This document shows positions 1-8,540 of a stretch of DNA of 64,000 nt, piece by piece. The stretch is from Candidatus Saccharimonadaceae bacterium (GTDB lineage Bacteria > Eisenbacteria > RBG-16-71-46): contig DATJGS010000037.1 in assembly GCA_035494735.1 (NCBI GenBank), positions 81,637 to 145,636 on the forward strand, in the 5' to 3' direction. The notes below the pieces were generated by a model, which worked only from the letters and a program-made list of their open reading frames with translations, did not search any database and was not told the DNA's origin. The position numbers and the translations under genes are program-made. Each line of letters opens with the position of its first letter. The first letter of the stretch is position 1.

Positions 1-51
1 AGTGAGCAGAGACAATGCAACGACGGTGAGACCTCGGATCAGTGCTCTCAC
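1..51 (-). CDS. Possible 5' end of a minus-strand gene running off the window start. A GTG (plus-strand cac, 49-51) sits after a GGAGG-like SD and the first 17 codons are hydrophobic.
   Basis: SD-like cctcctc at 58-64 on the plus strand, in-frame GTG, hydrophobic N-terminus. Very partial. Confidence 0.2.
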   Translation of the reverse strand, partial: MRALIRGLTVVALSLLT

Positions 52-121
52 GGCGGCCTCCTCTGTTCCCGATCGCTACGGGATGCGGCCGGCGAGCGCC
101 GGCCCGATCATCGCCCGATCC

Positions 122-1477
122 CTAGGCCTTCGAGGCGGCGGCCGCCACCTCGATCTCCACGTCGAGTCCCAATCCGCGGTGCAGCAGGCGCACGGTCTTG
201 TCCGCTTCCTCCTCGCGCACGACGAACGACAGGTTCACGCGCGACGCGCCCTGCGAAATCATCTCGACGCCCACCCCGACGCCACCGAGCAGCGTGAACA
301 CGTGCCCGGCCAGACCGACGCGCTGCGGCGCGCCCTCGCCCACCACCGCGACGACGGCCAATCCATGCCGCACCTCCACGCGCCCGATTCCCTCCAGCTC
401 GGCGATCGCCGCATCCAGGTGCGCGAGATCGTCCACCGTGACCGAGATCGAGACTTCGGACGTCGTGACCAGGTCGACGACGACGTGATGGCGTCCGAAC
501 ACTTCGAACACGCGGGCCAGGAAGCCGTGCGCGAGCAGCATGCGCGTCGAGGCGATGGTCACCGCCGACACGCCCTTCTTGCTGGCGATCGACTTGACGC
601 GCCACGTCGCGTCGCTCTCCGGAGCGTCGGGCGTGATGAGCGAGCCCGCATCTTCCGGACGCTGCGTGTTCAGGATGCGCACCGGGATGTCGCGCTCGAT
701 CGCGGGCAGCAGCGTCTTCGGGTGCAGCACGCGCGCGCCGAAGTACGCGAGCTCGCTGGCCTCGGCGAACGAAAGCTGCGGCACGACGCGCGCCTCGGGC
801 ACGACGCGCGGATCCGCGCTCAGGAGCCCGCTCGTGTCCGTCCAGATCTGGATCTCGCGCGCGCCGAGCGCGGCGCCGATCAGCGCCGCGCTGTAGTCGG
901 AGCCGCCGCGCCCGAGCGTGGTGGTGCGTCCGTCCAGCGTCACGCCCACGAATCCGGTGACGACCGCGACGCGCGAGCGGTCGGCCAGCCCACGGCGCAG
1001 GCGCTCCGCGGCTTCGGGCAGCGGATGCGCGGCGCCGAAGCGATCGTCCGTGACGAGGCCGGCCACGCCGGCGTCGACCGCGCGCGCGGGCACACCGGCC
1101 GCTTCGAGTCCCGCCGCGAACAGTGCGGCCGAGCAGCGCTCGCCGAACGCCAGCGCGTGATCGCGCTCGGCGCCGGTCAACGCGGCGGCCGGGCACGCGG
1201 CCACGAACGCGTGCCACGCAGCGATCACCTCGGCCATCGCCGCCGGTGACACCCCGATGTCGCACGCGAACTCGAGATGGCGGGCGGTCAGCGTTTCGCC
1301 GAGCTCCGCGCGGCGTGCCGGGTCGCGGCACCAGTCGACGAGCAGGTTCGTGACGCCATGGAGCGCGCTCACGACCACGACCGGCGTCTCGGCGCGCCGC
1401 TCGGCCACGAGTCGGCAGGCCACGCGATAGTTCGCGGGTACGCCGACCGAAGTGCCGCCGAACTTCATGACGATCAC
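122..1477 (-). CDS. lysC: Aspartate kinase.
   Basis: N-terminal (M)IVMKFGGTSV kinase motif and a C-terminal ACT-domain region. Likely GTG start at 1477 with GGAGG 5 nt upstream; the ATG at 1468 is an alternative. Confidence 0.9.
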   Translation of the reverse strand: MIVMKFGGTSVGVPANYRVACRLVAERRAETPVVVVSALHGVTNLLVDWCRDPARRAELGETLTARHLEFACDIGVSPAAMAEVIAAWHAFVAACPAAALTGAERDHALAFGERCSAALFAAGLEAAGVPARAVDAGVAGLVTDDRFGAAHPLPEAAERLRRGLADRSRVAVVTGFVGVTLDGRTTTLGRGGSDYSAALIGAALGAREIQIWTDTSGLLSADPRVVPEARVVPQLSFAEASELAYFGARVLHPKTLLPAIERDIPVRILNTQRPEDAGSLITPDAPESDATWRVKSIASKKGVSAVTIASTRMLLAHGFLARVFEVFGRHHVVVDLVTTSEVSISVTVDDLAHLDAAIAELEGIGRVEVRHGLAVVAVVGEGAPQRVGLAGHVFTLLGGVGVGVEMISQGASRVNLSFVVREEEADKTVRLLHRGLGLDVEIEVAAAASKA

Positions 1478-1596
1478 GAACGCCTCCTGCCCCCGGGACG
1501 ACGGCGCGGCGCTTCGCCGGCCATTCGCATGCGTTGGAACGGGCAATCTACACCGCGCGCCTCGTCGCGCGTACGGCTTTGTGCTTGAATGCGCGC

Positions 1597-2838
1597 GTGG
1601 ATCGTCGCGTCTTCCTCGCCCGCTTCGCAGCGCTCCTGGCCGCCCCGGCCGTGGCCGGCCGCGCGTTGGCCGCGGCGCGCGTCGATTCGCTCGGCGCCGC
1701 GCCCGACAGCATCTTGGGCGCGCCGAACCCCGAGGTCGCGCTGCTCGCCGTGGGCGGCGACACCACGCTCGGCTACAACCTCGAAGCCCACGTCGACGAG
1801 ACGCTGGAGCTGGGGATCTCGCGCGAATCGCTGTTCCCCCTGTACCTGGCGAACGTGCGCCCGATCCTCGAGTGGGCCGACGTGGCGATGGTGAACCTCG
1901 AGTGCCCGTTCACGACGCGCGGCGACGCGATGCAGAAGAACTTCAACTTCCGCGCGCGCCCCGAGCTGGTCGAGATCCTGAAAGCCGGCTCCATCGACGC
2001 GGTGACGTTGGCGAACAACCACCTCAAGGACTACGGCGACGACGGCGTTCGCGACACGATCGCCACCCTGGACGGCGCCGGCATCGCGCACTTCGGCGCG
2101 GGCACGAACCTGGCGAAGGCGCGCCGCCCGCTCATCGTCGAGCGGCGCGGCGTCAAGCTCGGGTTCCTCGGCTACTACTTCCAGGCCGCGCCCGACATGC
2201 TCGAGCCCGAGGCCGTGTACGCCACCAAGCACGACCCGGGCGTGGCCGGCTGCTACAAGGACGCCGATTGCATCGAGCGCATGGTGCGCGAGGACGTGAA
2301 GCGCCTCGTGCCCAAGGTCGACGCGGCGATTCCGTTCTTCCACTGGGGCAAGGAGGGTTCGACCGACGTCCGCGACTACCAGACGCACCTCGCGCACCTC
2401 TGCGTCGACCTCGGCTGCCGCGCCGTGCTCGGCGCGCACCCGCATCGCTTCCAGGGCATCGAGGTGTACCGCGGCGCGCCGATCTTCTATTCGCTCGGCA
2501 ATTTCCTGTTCGGAGGCAACAAGGATCCCAAGGACAAGCTGTCGGCGATCGTGCGCCTGCGCGTCACGAAGAGCGGCCCGATCGAGGCCGACGCCGTGCC
2601 CATCCAGATCACGCGCTGGCCGGACGCGCCGTTCCAGCCGTACGTGCTCGAGGGCCCGGAGAAGGACGCGGCGCTGATCCATTTCGCCGAATTGTCGCGC
2701 GGCTTCCCGGCCACGCTGCCGCAGCTCGCCACGTACATGCCGCCGGCGTTCGACGCGAGCTCGGGCGCGGCGGGGGGCTCCGCGGACTCACTGCGCGGCC
2801 ACGCGCCGGCCGACTCGGCGGGAGCGCCGCGCCGCTAG
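1597..2838 (+). CDS. CapA/PgsA-family metallophosphatase (poly-gamma-glutamate capsule synthesis-like), Tat-type signal peptide.
   Basis: CapA-like motifs (GDxxLG ... NNH ... GAH.H) and an RRVFLARFAALLAAPAVAG twin-arginine leader. Start placed at GTG 1597. Confidence 0.75.
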   Translation: MDRRVFLARFAALLAAPAVAGRALAAARVDSLGAAPDSILGAPNPEVALLAVGGDTTLGYNLEAHVDETLELGISRESLFPLYLANVRPILEWADVAMVNLECPFTTRGDAMQKNFNFRARPELVEILKAGSIDAVTLANNHLKDYGDDGVRDTIATLDGAGIAHFGAGTNLAKARRPLIVERRGVKLGFLGYYFQAAPDMLEPEAVYATKHDPGVAGCYKDADCIERMVREDVKRLVPKVDAAIPFFHWGKEGSTDVRDYQTHLAHLCVDLGCRAVLGAHPHRFQGIEVYRGAPIFYSLGNFLFGGNKDPKDKLSAIVRLRVTKSGPIEADAVPIQITRWPDAPFQPYVLEGPEKDAALIHFAELSRGFPATLPQLATYMPPAFDASSGAAGGSADSLRGHAPADSAGAPRR

Positions 2839-2935
2839 CCCGTTGCCCCTTGGCCGGGGCGGCGCGGCTCTCTACAATTGAGCGCGCTCGACCAACTCGC
2901 CGCACGCCACGTCGCTCCTCGTCCTGGACTCCGCC

Positions 2936-5533
2936 ATGCGCCCAAGTCGTGCCCTCCCTCTCGCCCTGCTCGTGGCCCTCGCCTGCCTCGCCGCCGATTC
3001 CGCGACCCGCGTGCGGCTGGCGCCGGCCGAGCGCGACGCGCACGAAGCCGAGGATCCGGGCGACTGGTTCTTCGCGCAGCGCGCGTTCCCGGGCGCGACC
3101 GTGAACCAGGCCGCGTTCGACGCGGCGCGCGGCCAGGCGCTGGCCGATCGCGCGCGGCAGGCGCTGTCGACGAGCGCCACGCCGCTGGTGTGGACGCAGG
3201 CCGGGCCGTACAACATCGGCGGCCGCGTCACCGCGCTCGCCGTGCTGAACGGCGGCGTCACGGCCTACCTGGGCGCGGCCGACGGCGGCGTGTTCAGGTC
3301 CACGAACTCGGGCGTCAACTGGACGCCGATCTTCGACAACGCGTTCGGCACGCCGTCGATCGGCGCCATCACCATCGATCCGACGAACGCGAACACGGTG
3401 TACGTCGGCACCGGTGAAGCGAACGCGTCGGTCGACTCGTACGACGGCAGCGGGATGTATCGCAGCGACGACGCAGGCGCGACCTGGAGCCCGCTCGGGC
3501 TCGCGACGGTCGGCCGCATCGCGCGCATCGCCGTCGACCCGGCGAACTCCAGCCGCATCTTCGTCGCCGCGATGGGCTCCCAGTTCTCGACGGGTTCCAA
3601 CCGCGGCCTGTACCGCAGCGAGAACGGCGGCGCGACGTGGAGCCGCGTGCTGTTCGTGAGCGACAGCACGGGCGCGGGCGACGTCGTCGTGAACCCCGTC
3701 CATCCGGAGACGCTGTTCTGCGCGACGTGGGAGCGCGTGCGCCACCAGAACTACCGGCGCGCGTTCGGCCCCGAATGCGGCATCTGGCGCAGCGCGGACC
3801 ACGGCGACACGTGGACGCTGCTGTCGAGCGGCCTGCCCGCGCCCAGCGACAACGTGGGGCGCATCGCGCTCGGCATCGCGGCGTCGCGCCCGTCCACGAT
3901 CTACGCGCAGATCGGCACCGGCGTCGCCGGCGGCTACAAGGGGCTCGGCCTGTACCGCAGCCTCGACGCCGGCCAGACCTGGGCGCGGCGCGACGGCGCG
4001 GGCACCACAAGCACGTTCAACAACGCGTTCGGCGGCTTCTGCTGGTACTTCGGCTCGATGGGCGTCGACCCGACGAACCCGGATCGCATCTTCTGCCTCG
4101 GCCAGTCGCTGCTGCGCTCGCTCGACGGCGGCGCCACGTACGCGACCGTCACCGGCGCGGCGCACGTCGACGAGCACGCGATCTGGATCGACCCCACGAA
4201 CGTGAACCGCGTGTTCCTGGGAAACGACGGCGGGTTCTTCTCGTCCACGAACGGCGGCAGCGTCTGGACCAAGTCCGTCGACCTGCCGATCTCCCAGTTC
4301 TACGCGTGCGACGTCGACGCGTCGAACCTGGCGCGGACCATGGGCGGCACGCAGGACAACAACTCCATCCAGACGTTCGGCTCGCCGACCGGCTGGACCG
4401 TGATGCTGGGCGGCGACGGCTTCTACGCGCTCGTCGACCCCACGAACCCGAATATCGTGTTCGCCGAGTCCCAGTACTGCAACGGCGGAGCCGGCCCGGC
4501 CAAGGCCACGGACGGCGGCGTGTTCTTCGGCACGCCCACCGGCTTCGCGCCCAGCGACCGCTACAACTGGTGCACGCCGATCGTGCTAAATCCTCTGAAC
4601 CACAACGTCGTGCTGACCGGCAGCCAGCGCGTGTACCGCAGCACCGACAACGGCGACAACTACTCGACCCTGGGCGGCGACCTGACCACGAATCCCGTCT
4701 CCCAGCTGGGCTTCGGCACGATCTCCACGATCGACGTCTCGCGGGCCGACACCAGCCTGTACTACGTCGGCACCGACGACGGCCGGGTGTGGCGCTCGCC
4801 GGACCGCGGCTTCTCGTGGGCCGAGATCACCGCCGGGCTGCCGCTGCGCTCGATCACGCGCGTCACGGCGGACCGCACAGACCCGAACGTCGTCTACGTG
4901 ACGCTGTCCGGCTTCGGCAGCGACGAGCACGCGCCGCACGTGTTCCGCAGCGCGGATCGGGGTACGAACTGGACCTCGATCGCCGGCAACCTGCCGGACG
5001 CGCCGGCCAACGATCTCGTGGTCGACACGCTCGACCCGAACACGCTGTACCTCGGCACCGACGTCGGGGTCTACGCGACGCGCAACCTCGGGGCCGGCTG
5101 GTTCCCGCTCGGGACAGGATTGCCCATCCAGGCGGTTTTCGATCTCGCGCTGCACGCCGGCACGCACACGCTGGTGGTCGGCACGCACGGTCGCTCGCTG
5201 TGGAAGCTGGACCTCGGCGGCCTGCCGCTCGCGGTTCCACCCGCGCCGTCCGCGGCGCGTCTCGCGCTGTCGTTCCCTTCGCCGAATCCGAGTCGCGCGA
5301 GCGCTCGCTTCACGCTCGAAGTGTCGCGTGCCATGTCCGTGGAGGTAGCGGTGTTCGACGCGTCGGGTCGGCGCGTGGCGACACTGTTCCGAGGCGCATG
5401 TGGAGCGGGCCAAATCACTCTCGCCTGGGACGGCCGCGACGCCGCGGGACGTCGCGCGAGCGCGGGCGCGTACTGGGTGCGCGCGGCGAGCGCCGAGGGT
5501 GTCGCGACGCGCTCGCTCGTCCGACTCGAGTGA
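2936..5533 (+). CDS. Secreted BNR/Asp-box repeat beta-propeller protein (sialidase/GH74/sortilin-like) with a T9SS-type C-terminal sorting domain.
   Basis: Signal peptide, about 10 SxDxGxTW Asp-box repeats, and a C-terminal FlgD-Ig/Por-secretion-tail pattern (PNP...D.SGRRV...G.Y). Confidence 0.85.
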   Translation: MRPSRALPLALLVALACLAADSATRVRLAPAERDAHEAEDPGDWFFAQRAFPGATVNQAAFDAARGQALADRARQALSTSATPLVWTQAGPYNIGGRVTALAVLNGGVTAYLGAADGGVFRSTNSGVNWTPIFDNAFGTPSIGAITIDPTNANTVYVGTGEANASVDSYDGSGMYRSDDAGATWSPLGLATVGRIARIAVDPANSSRIFVAAMGSQFSTGSNRGLYRSENGGATWSRVLFVSDSTGAGDVVVNPVHPETLFCATWERVRHQNYRRAFGPECGIWRSADHGDTWTLLSSGLPAPSDNVGRIALGIAASRPSTIYAQIGTGVAGGYKGLGLYRSLDAGQTWARRDGAGTTSTFNNAFGGFCWYFGSMGVDPTNPDRIFCLGQSLLRSLDGGATYATVTGAAHVDEHAIWIDPTNVNRVFLGNDGGFFSSTNGGSVWTKSVDLPISQFYACDVDASNLARTMGGTQDNNSIQTFGSPTGWTVMLGGDGFYALVDPTNPNIVFAESQYCNGGAGPAKATDGGVFFGTPTGFAPSDRYNWCTPIVLNPLNHNVVLTGSQRVYRSTDNGDNYSTLGGDLTTNPVSQLGFGTISTIDVSRADTSLYYVGTDDGRVWRSPDRGFSWAEITAGLPLRSITRVTADRTDPNVVYVTLSGFGSDEHAPHVFRSADRGTNWTSIAGNLPDAPANDLVVDTLDPNTLYLGTDVGVYATRNLGAGWFPLGTGLPIQAVFDLALHAGTHTLVVGTHGRSLWKLDLGGLPLAVPPAPSAARLALSFPSPNPSRASARFTLEVSRAMSVEVAVFDASGRRVATLFRGACGAGQITLAWDGRDAAGRRASAGAYWVRAASAEGVATRSLVRLE

Positions 5534-5758
5534 GATTTCGCGTCCCGCACGCCGAGAGCGATTTCACCCGCAATTGGCGCGGCCCGGAATATGCATCGCT
5601 TTCGACCGCTCCAAATCGGGTCCGAATGACGCTCACCGCGAAAAAGACCTTTGAAAATGCGGGCGCCCTTGCTATACCCGCTCCTGGCTAAGGCGTGTCG
5701 CGACTCCGATGCGCCCGCCCGAAGCGCTCATAGACCTTCATAGGGAGAGGAAGGAACC

Positions 5759-6040
5759 ATGGCGAAGATGATGACGAAGTCCCAGATTGCCGGCTACATC
5801 GCCAACAAGTTTGAGCTCACCAAGAAGCAGAGCGTCCAGATTCTCGAAGAGCTCGCGACGCTGGCCGCCAAGCAGGCCAGAAACGGCTTCGTGTTCCCGG
5901 GCGTTGGCAAGCTCGTGGTCGTGAAGCGCAAGGCGCGTATGGGCCGCAACCCGCAGACCGGCGAGGCCATCAAGATTCCGGCCAAGACCGTGCTGAAGTT
6001 CCGCATCGCGAAGGCGATGAAGGAGCTCGCGCTCAAGTAG
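5759..6040 (+). CDS. hup: HU/IHF-family nucleoid DNA-binding protein.
   Basis: 93 aa; GRNPQTGE..I.IPA..V.KF HU signature; AGGAAGGA SD. Confidence 0.92.
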   Translation: MAKMMTKSQIAGYIANKFELTKKQSVQILEELATLAAKQARNGFVFPGVGKLVVVKRKARMGRNPQTGEAIKIPAKTVLKFRIAKAMKELALK

Positions 6041-6057
6041 AGCGAACCCGATTTGCG

Positions 6058-6098
6058 GAACGGCCCGGCGCCCGAGCGTCGGGCCGTTCTTGTTTGTG
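6058..6098 (+). terminator. Rho-independent terminator downstream of the HU gene.
   Basis: 10-bp stem GAACGGCCCG/CGGGCCGTTC with a 12-nt loop, followed by TTGTTTGTG. Confidence 0.7.
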
Positions 6099-6134
6099 CG
6101 ACACCGCGAGGCAACGCGACCGCGGGCGCCGTCG

Positions 6135-6246
6135 CGCGGTGGAGGCAGGCGCGAAAAGACGGGTAGGGGCCCGTCGCCCCTTCCCCACCCCCCCACCTCC
6201 CCGGGGCTCCCGCCCTCCCCGACTTTTCGCACCTGCCTCCACCGCG
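6135..6246. repeat. Large imperfect inverted repeat (about 29-bp arms, 27/29 paired) enclosing a roughly 53-nt C-rich loop. The minus strand of the loop is G-run rich.
   Basis: Arm cgcggtggaggcaggcgcgaaaagacggg at 6135-6163 pairs with cccgacttttcgcacctgcctccaccgcg at 6218-6246. The loop contains ccccaccccccc and ccccggggc. Confidence 0.6.
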
Positions 6247-6301
6247 CTGCGTGGCTCGGTCGCGTTGCCTCACCCTAGACGCTCTGTCACGATGGCCTTG
6301 C

Positions 6302-7231
6302 ATGACTACTGGGATCGTCGTCGATTCGGTCACCAAGACCTACCGCGGTGGCGCGGTGCGGGCGCTCGACAGTGTTTCGTTGAACATCGCGCCGGGTGAG
6401 GTGTTCGGGATCATTGGGCCGAACGGCGCGGGCAAGACCACGTTGTTCGGGTGCCTGCTCGGGTTTCTCCGGCCCGATTCGGGGCGCGTCACCGTGGATG
6501 GCCATGCGGTCGACGATCTCGAGATCCGGCGCGTGACCGGCTACCTGCCGGAGCGCCTCGTGCTCGATCGCTGGATGCGCGGGCGCGAGTTCCTCGCGTA
6601 CCACCACGCGCTCGCCGGGCTGCACTCGGGGGATCGTGCGCGCGACGTCGAGCAGAGCCTGGCGCGCGTCGGACTCGAGCCCGAAGCGGGCGCGCGGCCG
6701 GTGCGCAAGTATTCGCGCGGCATGCTGCAGCGGCTCGGGCTCGCGCAGGCGCTGCTCGGTCACCCGCGCTGGGTGTTCCTCGACGAGCCGGCCTCGGGCG
6801 TCGATCCGGCGGGCGTCGTGCTGTTCCGCCGGCTGCTCGCCGACCTGAAGGGTCGCGGCGTCACCGTGCTGCTCAACTCGCACCAGCTCGACCAGGTCGA
6901 GCGCGTGTGCGACCGCGTCGCGTACGTCAGCAAAGGGCGGGTCGAGGCCATCGAAACGGTGAGCGCGGGCGCCGGCGAGTCGCGCGTGCTGCGCGTGCGC
7001 TGGGCGGCCGGCGGCGCGACGCCCACGCCCGAAGCGCTGCGCGCGCTCGCGGAGCGCGCCGGTGCCACGCTCGAGAGCGCGGGCGCGACCGAACTGCGCG
7101 TCGCCGTGACCGACGACGCCGGCGCCGCGCGCCTCCTGTCCGCGCTCGTCGCGTCCGGCCTGCCGGTGACCGAGGCGGCGCCCGAGGAAGGGCGCCTCGA
7201 GCGCCTGTTCCTGGAAGGCGGCGCGTCGTGA
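6302..7231 (+). CDS. ABC transporter ATP-binding protein.
   Basis: Walker A GPNGAGKTT, signature YSRGMLQRL, Walker B VFLDEP. Confidence 0.9.
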   Translation: MTTGIVVDSVTKTYRGGAVRALDSVSLNIAPGEVFGIIGPNGAGKTTLFGCLLGFLRPDSGRVTVDGHAVDDLEIRRVTGYLPERLVLDRWMRGREFLAYHHALAGLHSGDRARDVEQSLARVGLEPEAGARPVRKYSRGMLQRLGLAQALLGHPRWVFLDEPASGVDPAGVVLFRRLLADLKGRGVTVLLNSHQLDQVERVCDRVAYVSKGRVEAIETVSAGAGESRVLRVRWAAGGATPTPEALRALAERAGATLESAGATELRVAVTDDAGAARLLSALVASGLPVTEAAPEEGRLERLFLEGGAS

Positions 7232-7944
7232 TCCATTCGACGCTGATCCAGGCGCTGCTCCGCCAGCGCGCGGCCAGCCCGGTGCGCATGGCGCTGCTGC
7301 TGTTCATGTTCTTCGCGCCGATCCTGATCACCGCCAGCGCGCCCGGGCTCGGGCTCGGCCCGCTGGGCAACGGCTACGGCATCGTCATCGTGATCGCCGC
7401 CGGCATGATCGGGCAGGACGTTTCGTCCGGCGTGCTGCAGCTGCTGCTGGCGCGACCGATCCGCCGCGACACGTACGTGCTGAGCCGCTGGCTCGGCGCC
7501 GCGCTCGGCGGCTTCGGGTTGATCGCGGTGCAGGCCGGACTGTGCACGCTCGTGCTGTGGATGCGCGGCGCGCCGCCCGACACACGCGACCTCGCGCTGC
7601 TGCTCGGCGACAACCTGCTGCTCGCGCTCGGCCTGTGCGCCGTGCTCGCGCTGTGTTCGTCGCTGCTCGGCGGCCTCGGCGACCTGGCCATCCTGTTCCT
7701 GGCGACGCTCGCCGCGAAGCTCATGGAGGGCGCGAGCCAGCTCGCGCACTCGCCGATCCTCGGCCGCGTCGGCACGGAACTCGAGAACGTGTGCATCCCG
7801 CAGATCCACCTGTTCGAATTCATGAGCCCGTCCGGCCCGCCGTGGTTCGCGATCGTGTCGTACGTCTCCACGGTCGTGCTGTGCCTGGCGCTGGCCATCG
7901 TGGTCGTGAATCGCAAGGAGCTGTCGTATGCCGCCGCCGGATGA
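7228..7944 (+). CDS. ABC-2 type transporter permease.
   Basis: GTG start overlaps the upstream stop (GTGA); six predicted TM helices. Confidence 0.7.
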   Translation: MIHSTLIQALLRQRAASPVRMALLLFMFFAPILITASAPGLGLGPLGNGYGIVIVIAAGMIGQDVSSGVLQLLLARPIRRDTYVLSRWLGAALGGFGLIAVQAGLCTLVLWMRGAPPDTRDLALLLGDNLLLALGLCAVLALCSSLLGGLGDLAILFLATLAAKLMEGASQLAHSPILGRVGTELENVCIPQIHLFEFMSPSGPPWFAIVSYVSTVVLCLALAIVVVNRKELSYAAAG

Positions 7945-8521
7945 CGCTCGCGGGCAAGGCACGCGGCAGACGCCGACCGTGCTGCTCGCGCTCGCCGCGC
8001 TGCTGCTCGTGGCGCGCGTCGTCGTGGGCGTGATGGACGCGCGGCACCCGCGCGAGAAGGCCGACCTCGTCGCGTGGCAGCCGATCGCCGAGGCCGGCTC
8101 GCGCGCCGCGCAGACCGGGCGCCCGGTGCTCTACGAATTCAGCGCCGCCTGGTGCGGACCGTGCCAGGCCATGAAGCGCGAAGTGTTCGCCGACCCCGAC
8201 GCCGCGGCCGAGATCAGCCGTTCGTTCGTGCCGGTCCAGGTCGTGGATCGGCAGCGCGAGGACGGCCACAATCCGCCCGACGTCCAGGAGCTGGAAGAGC
8301 GCTATCACATCGACGGGTTTCCCATGCTCGTCGTCGTCGCCCCGGGCATCGAGCCGCAGACGCTGAACGGCTACCCGGGCGCCGACGAGACGCGGCGCTG
8401 GCTGCAGGGCGCGATGATGCGCGCGAGTGTGGGCGGAGCGCGGCTGCAGCCAGGATCTCCGCTCGGCGGCGACGGCGCGAACGGCGCGAACGCGCCCGAC
8501 ACGTTGCGCCGCCTGCGCTGA
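7928..8521 (+). CDS. Membrane-anchored thioredoxin-like protein.
   Basis: N-terminal TM helix and a WCGPC active site; overlaps the permease by 17 nt. Confidence 0.8.
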   Translation: MPPPDDARGQGTRQTPTVLLALAALLLVARVVVGVMDARHPREKADLVAWQPIAEAGSRAAQTGRPVLYEFSAAWCGPCQAMKREVFADPDAAAEISRSFVPVQVVDRQREDGHNPPDVQELEERYHIDGFPMLVVVAPGIEPQTLNGYPGADETRRWLQGAMMRASVGGARLQPGSPLGGDGANGANAPDTLRRLR

Positions 8522-8540
8522 CGCATCGGCCCCCCCTCGT

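Noticed and set aside
108-1331. Long antisense and alternative-frame ORFs throughout, for example 108-1331, 2609-4177, 8371-10857, 18595-21801, 18899-20692, 34249-36333, 41146-43299, 44057-46498 and 57673-60552.
   Set aside because: They are R/A/G/P-rich with low-complexity composition, which is typical of open frames arising by chance in about 70% GC DNA. Each overlaps a gene with a clear family assignment on the other strand or frame.
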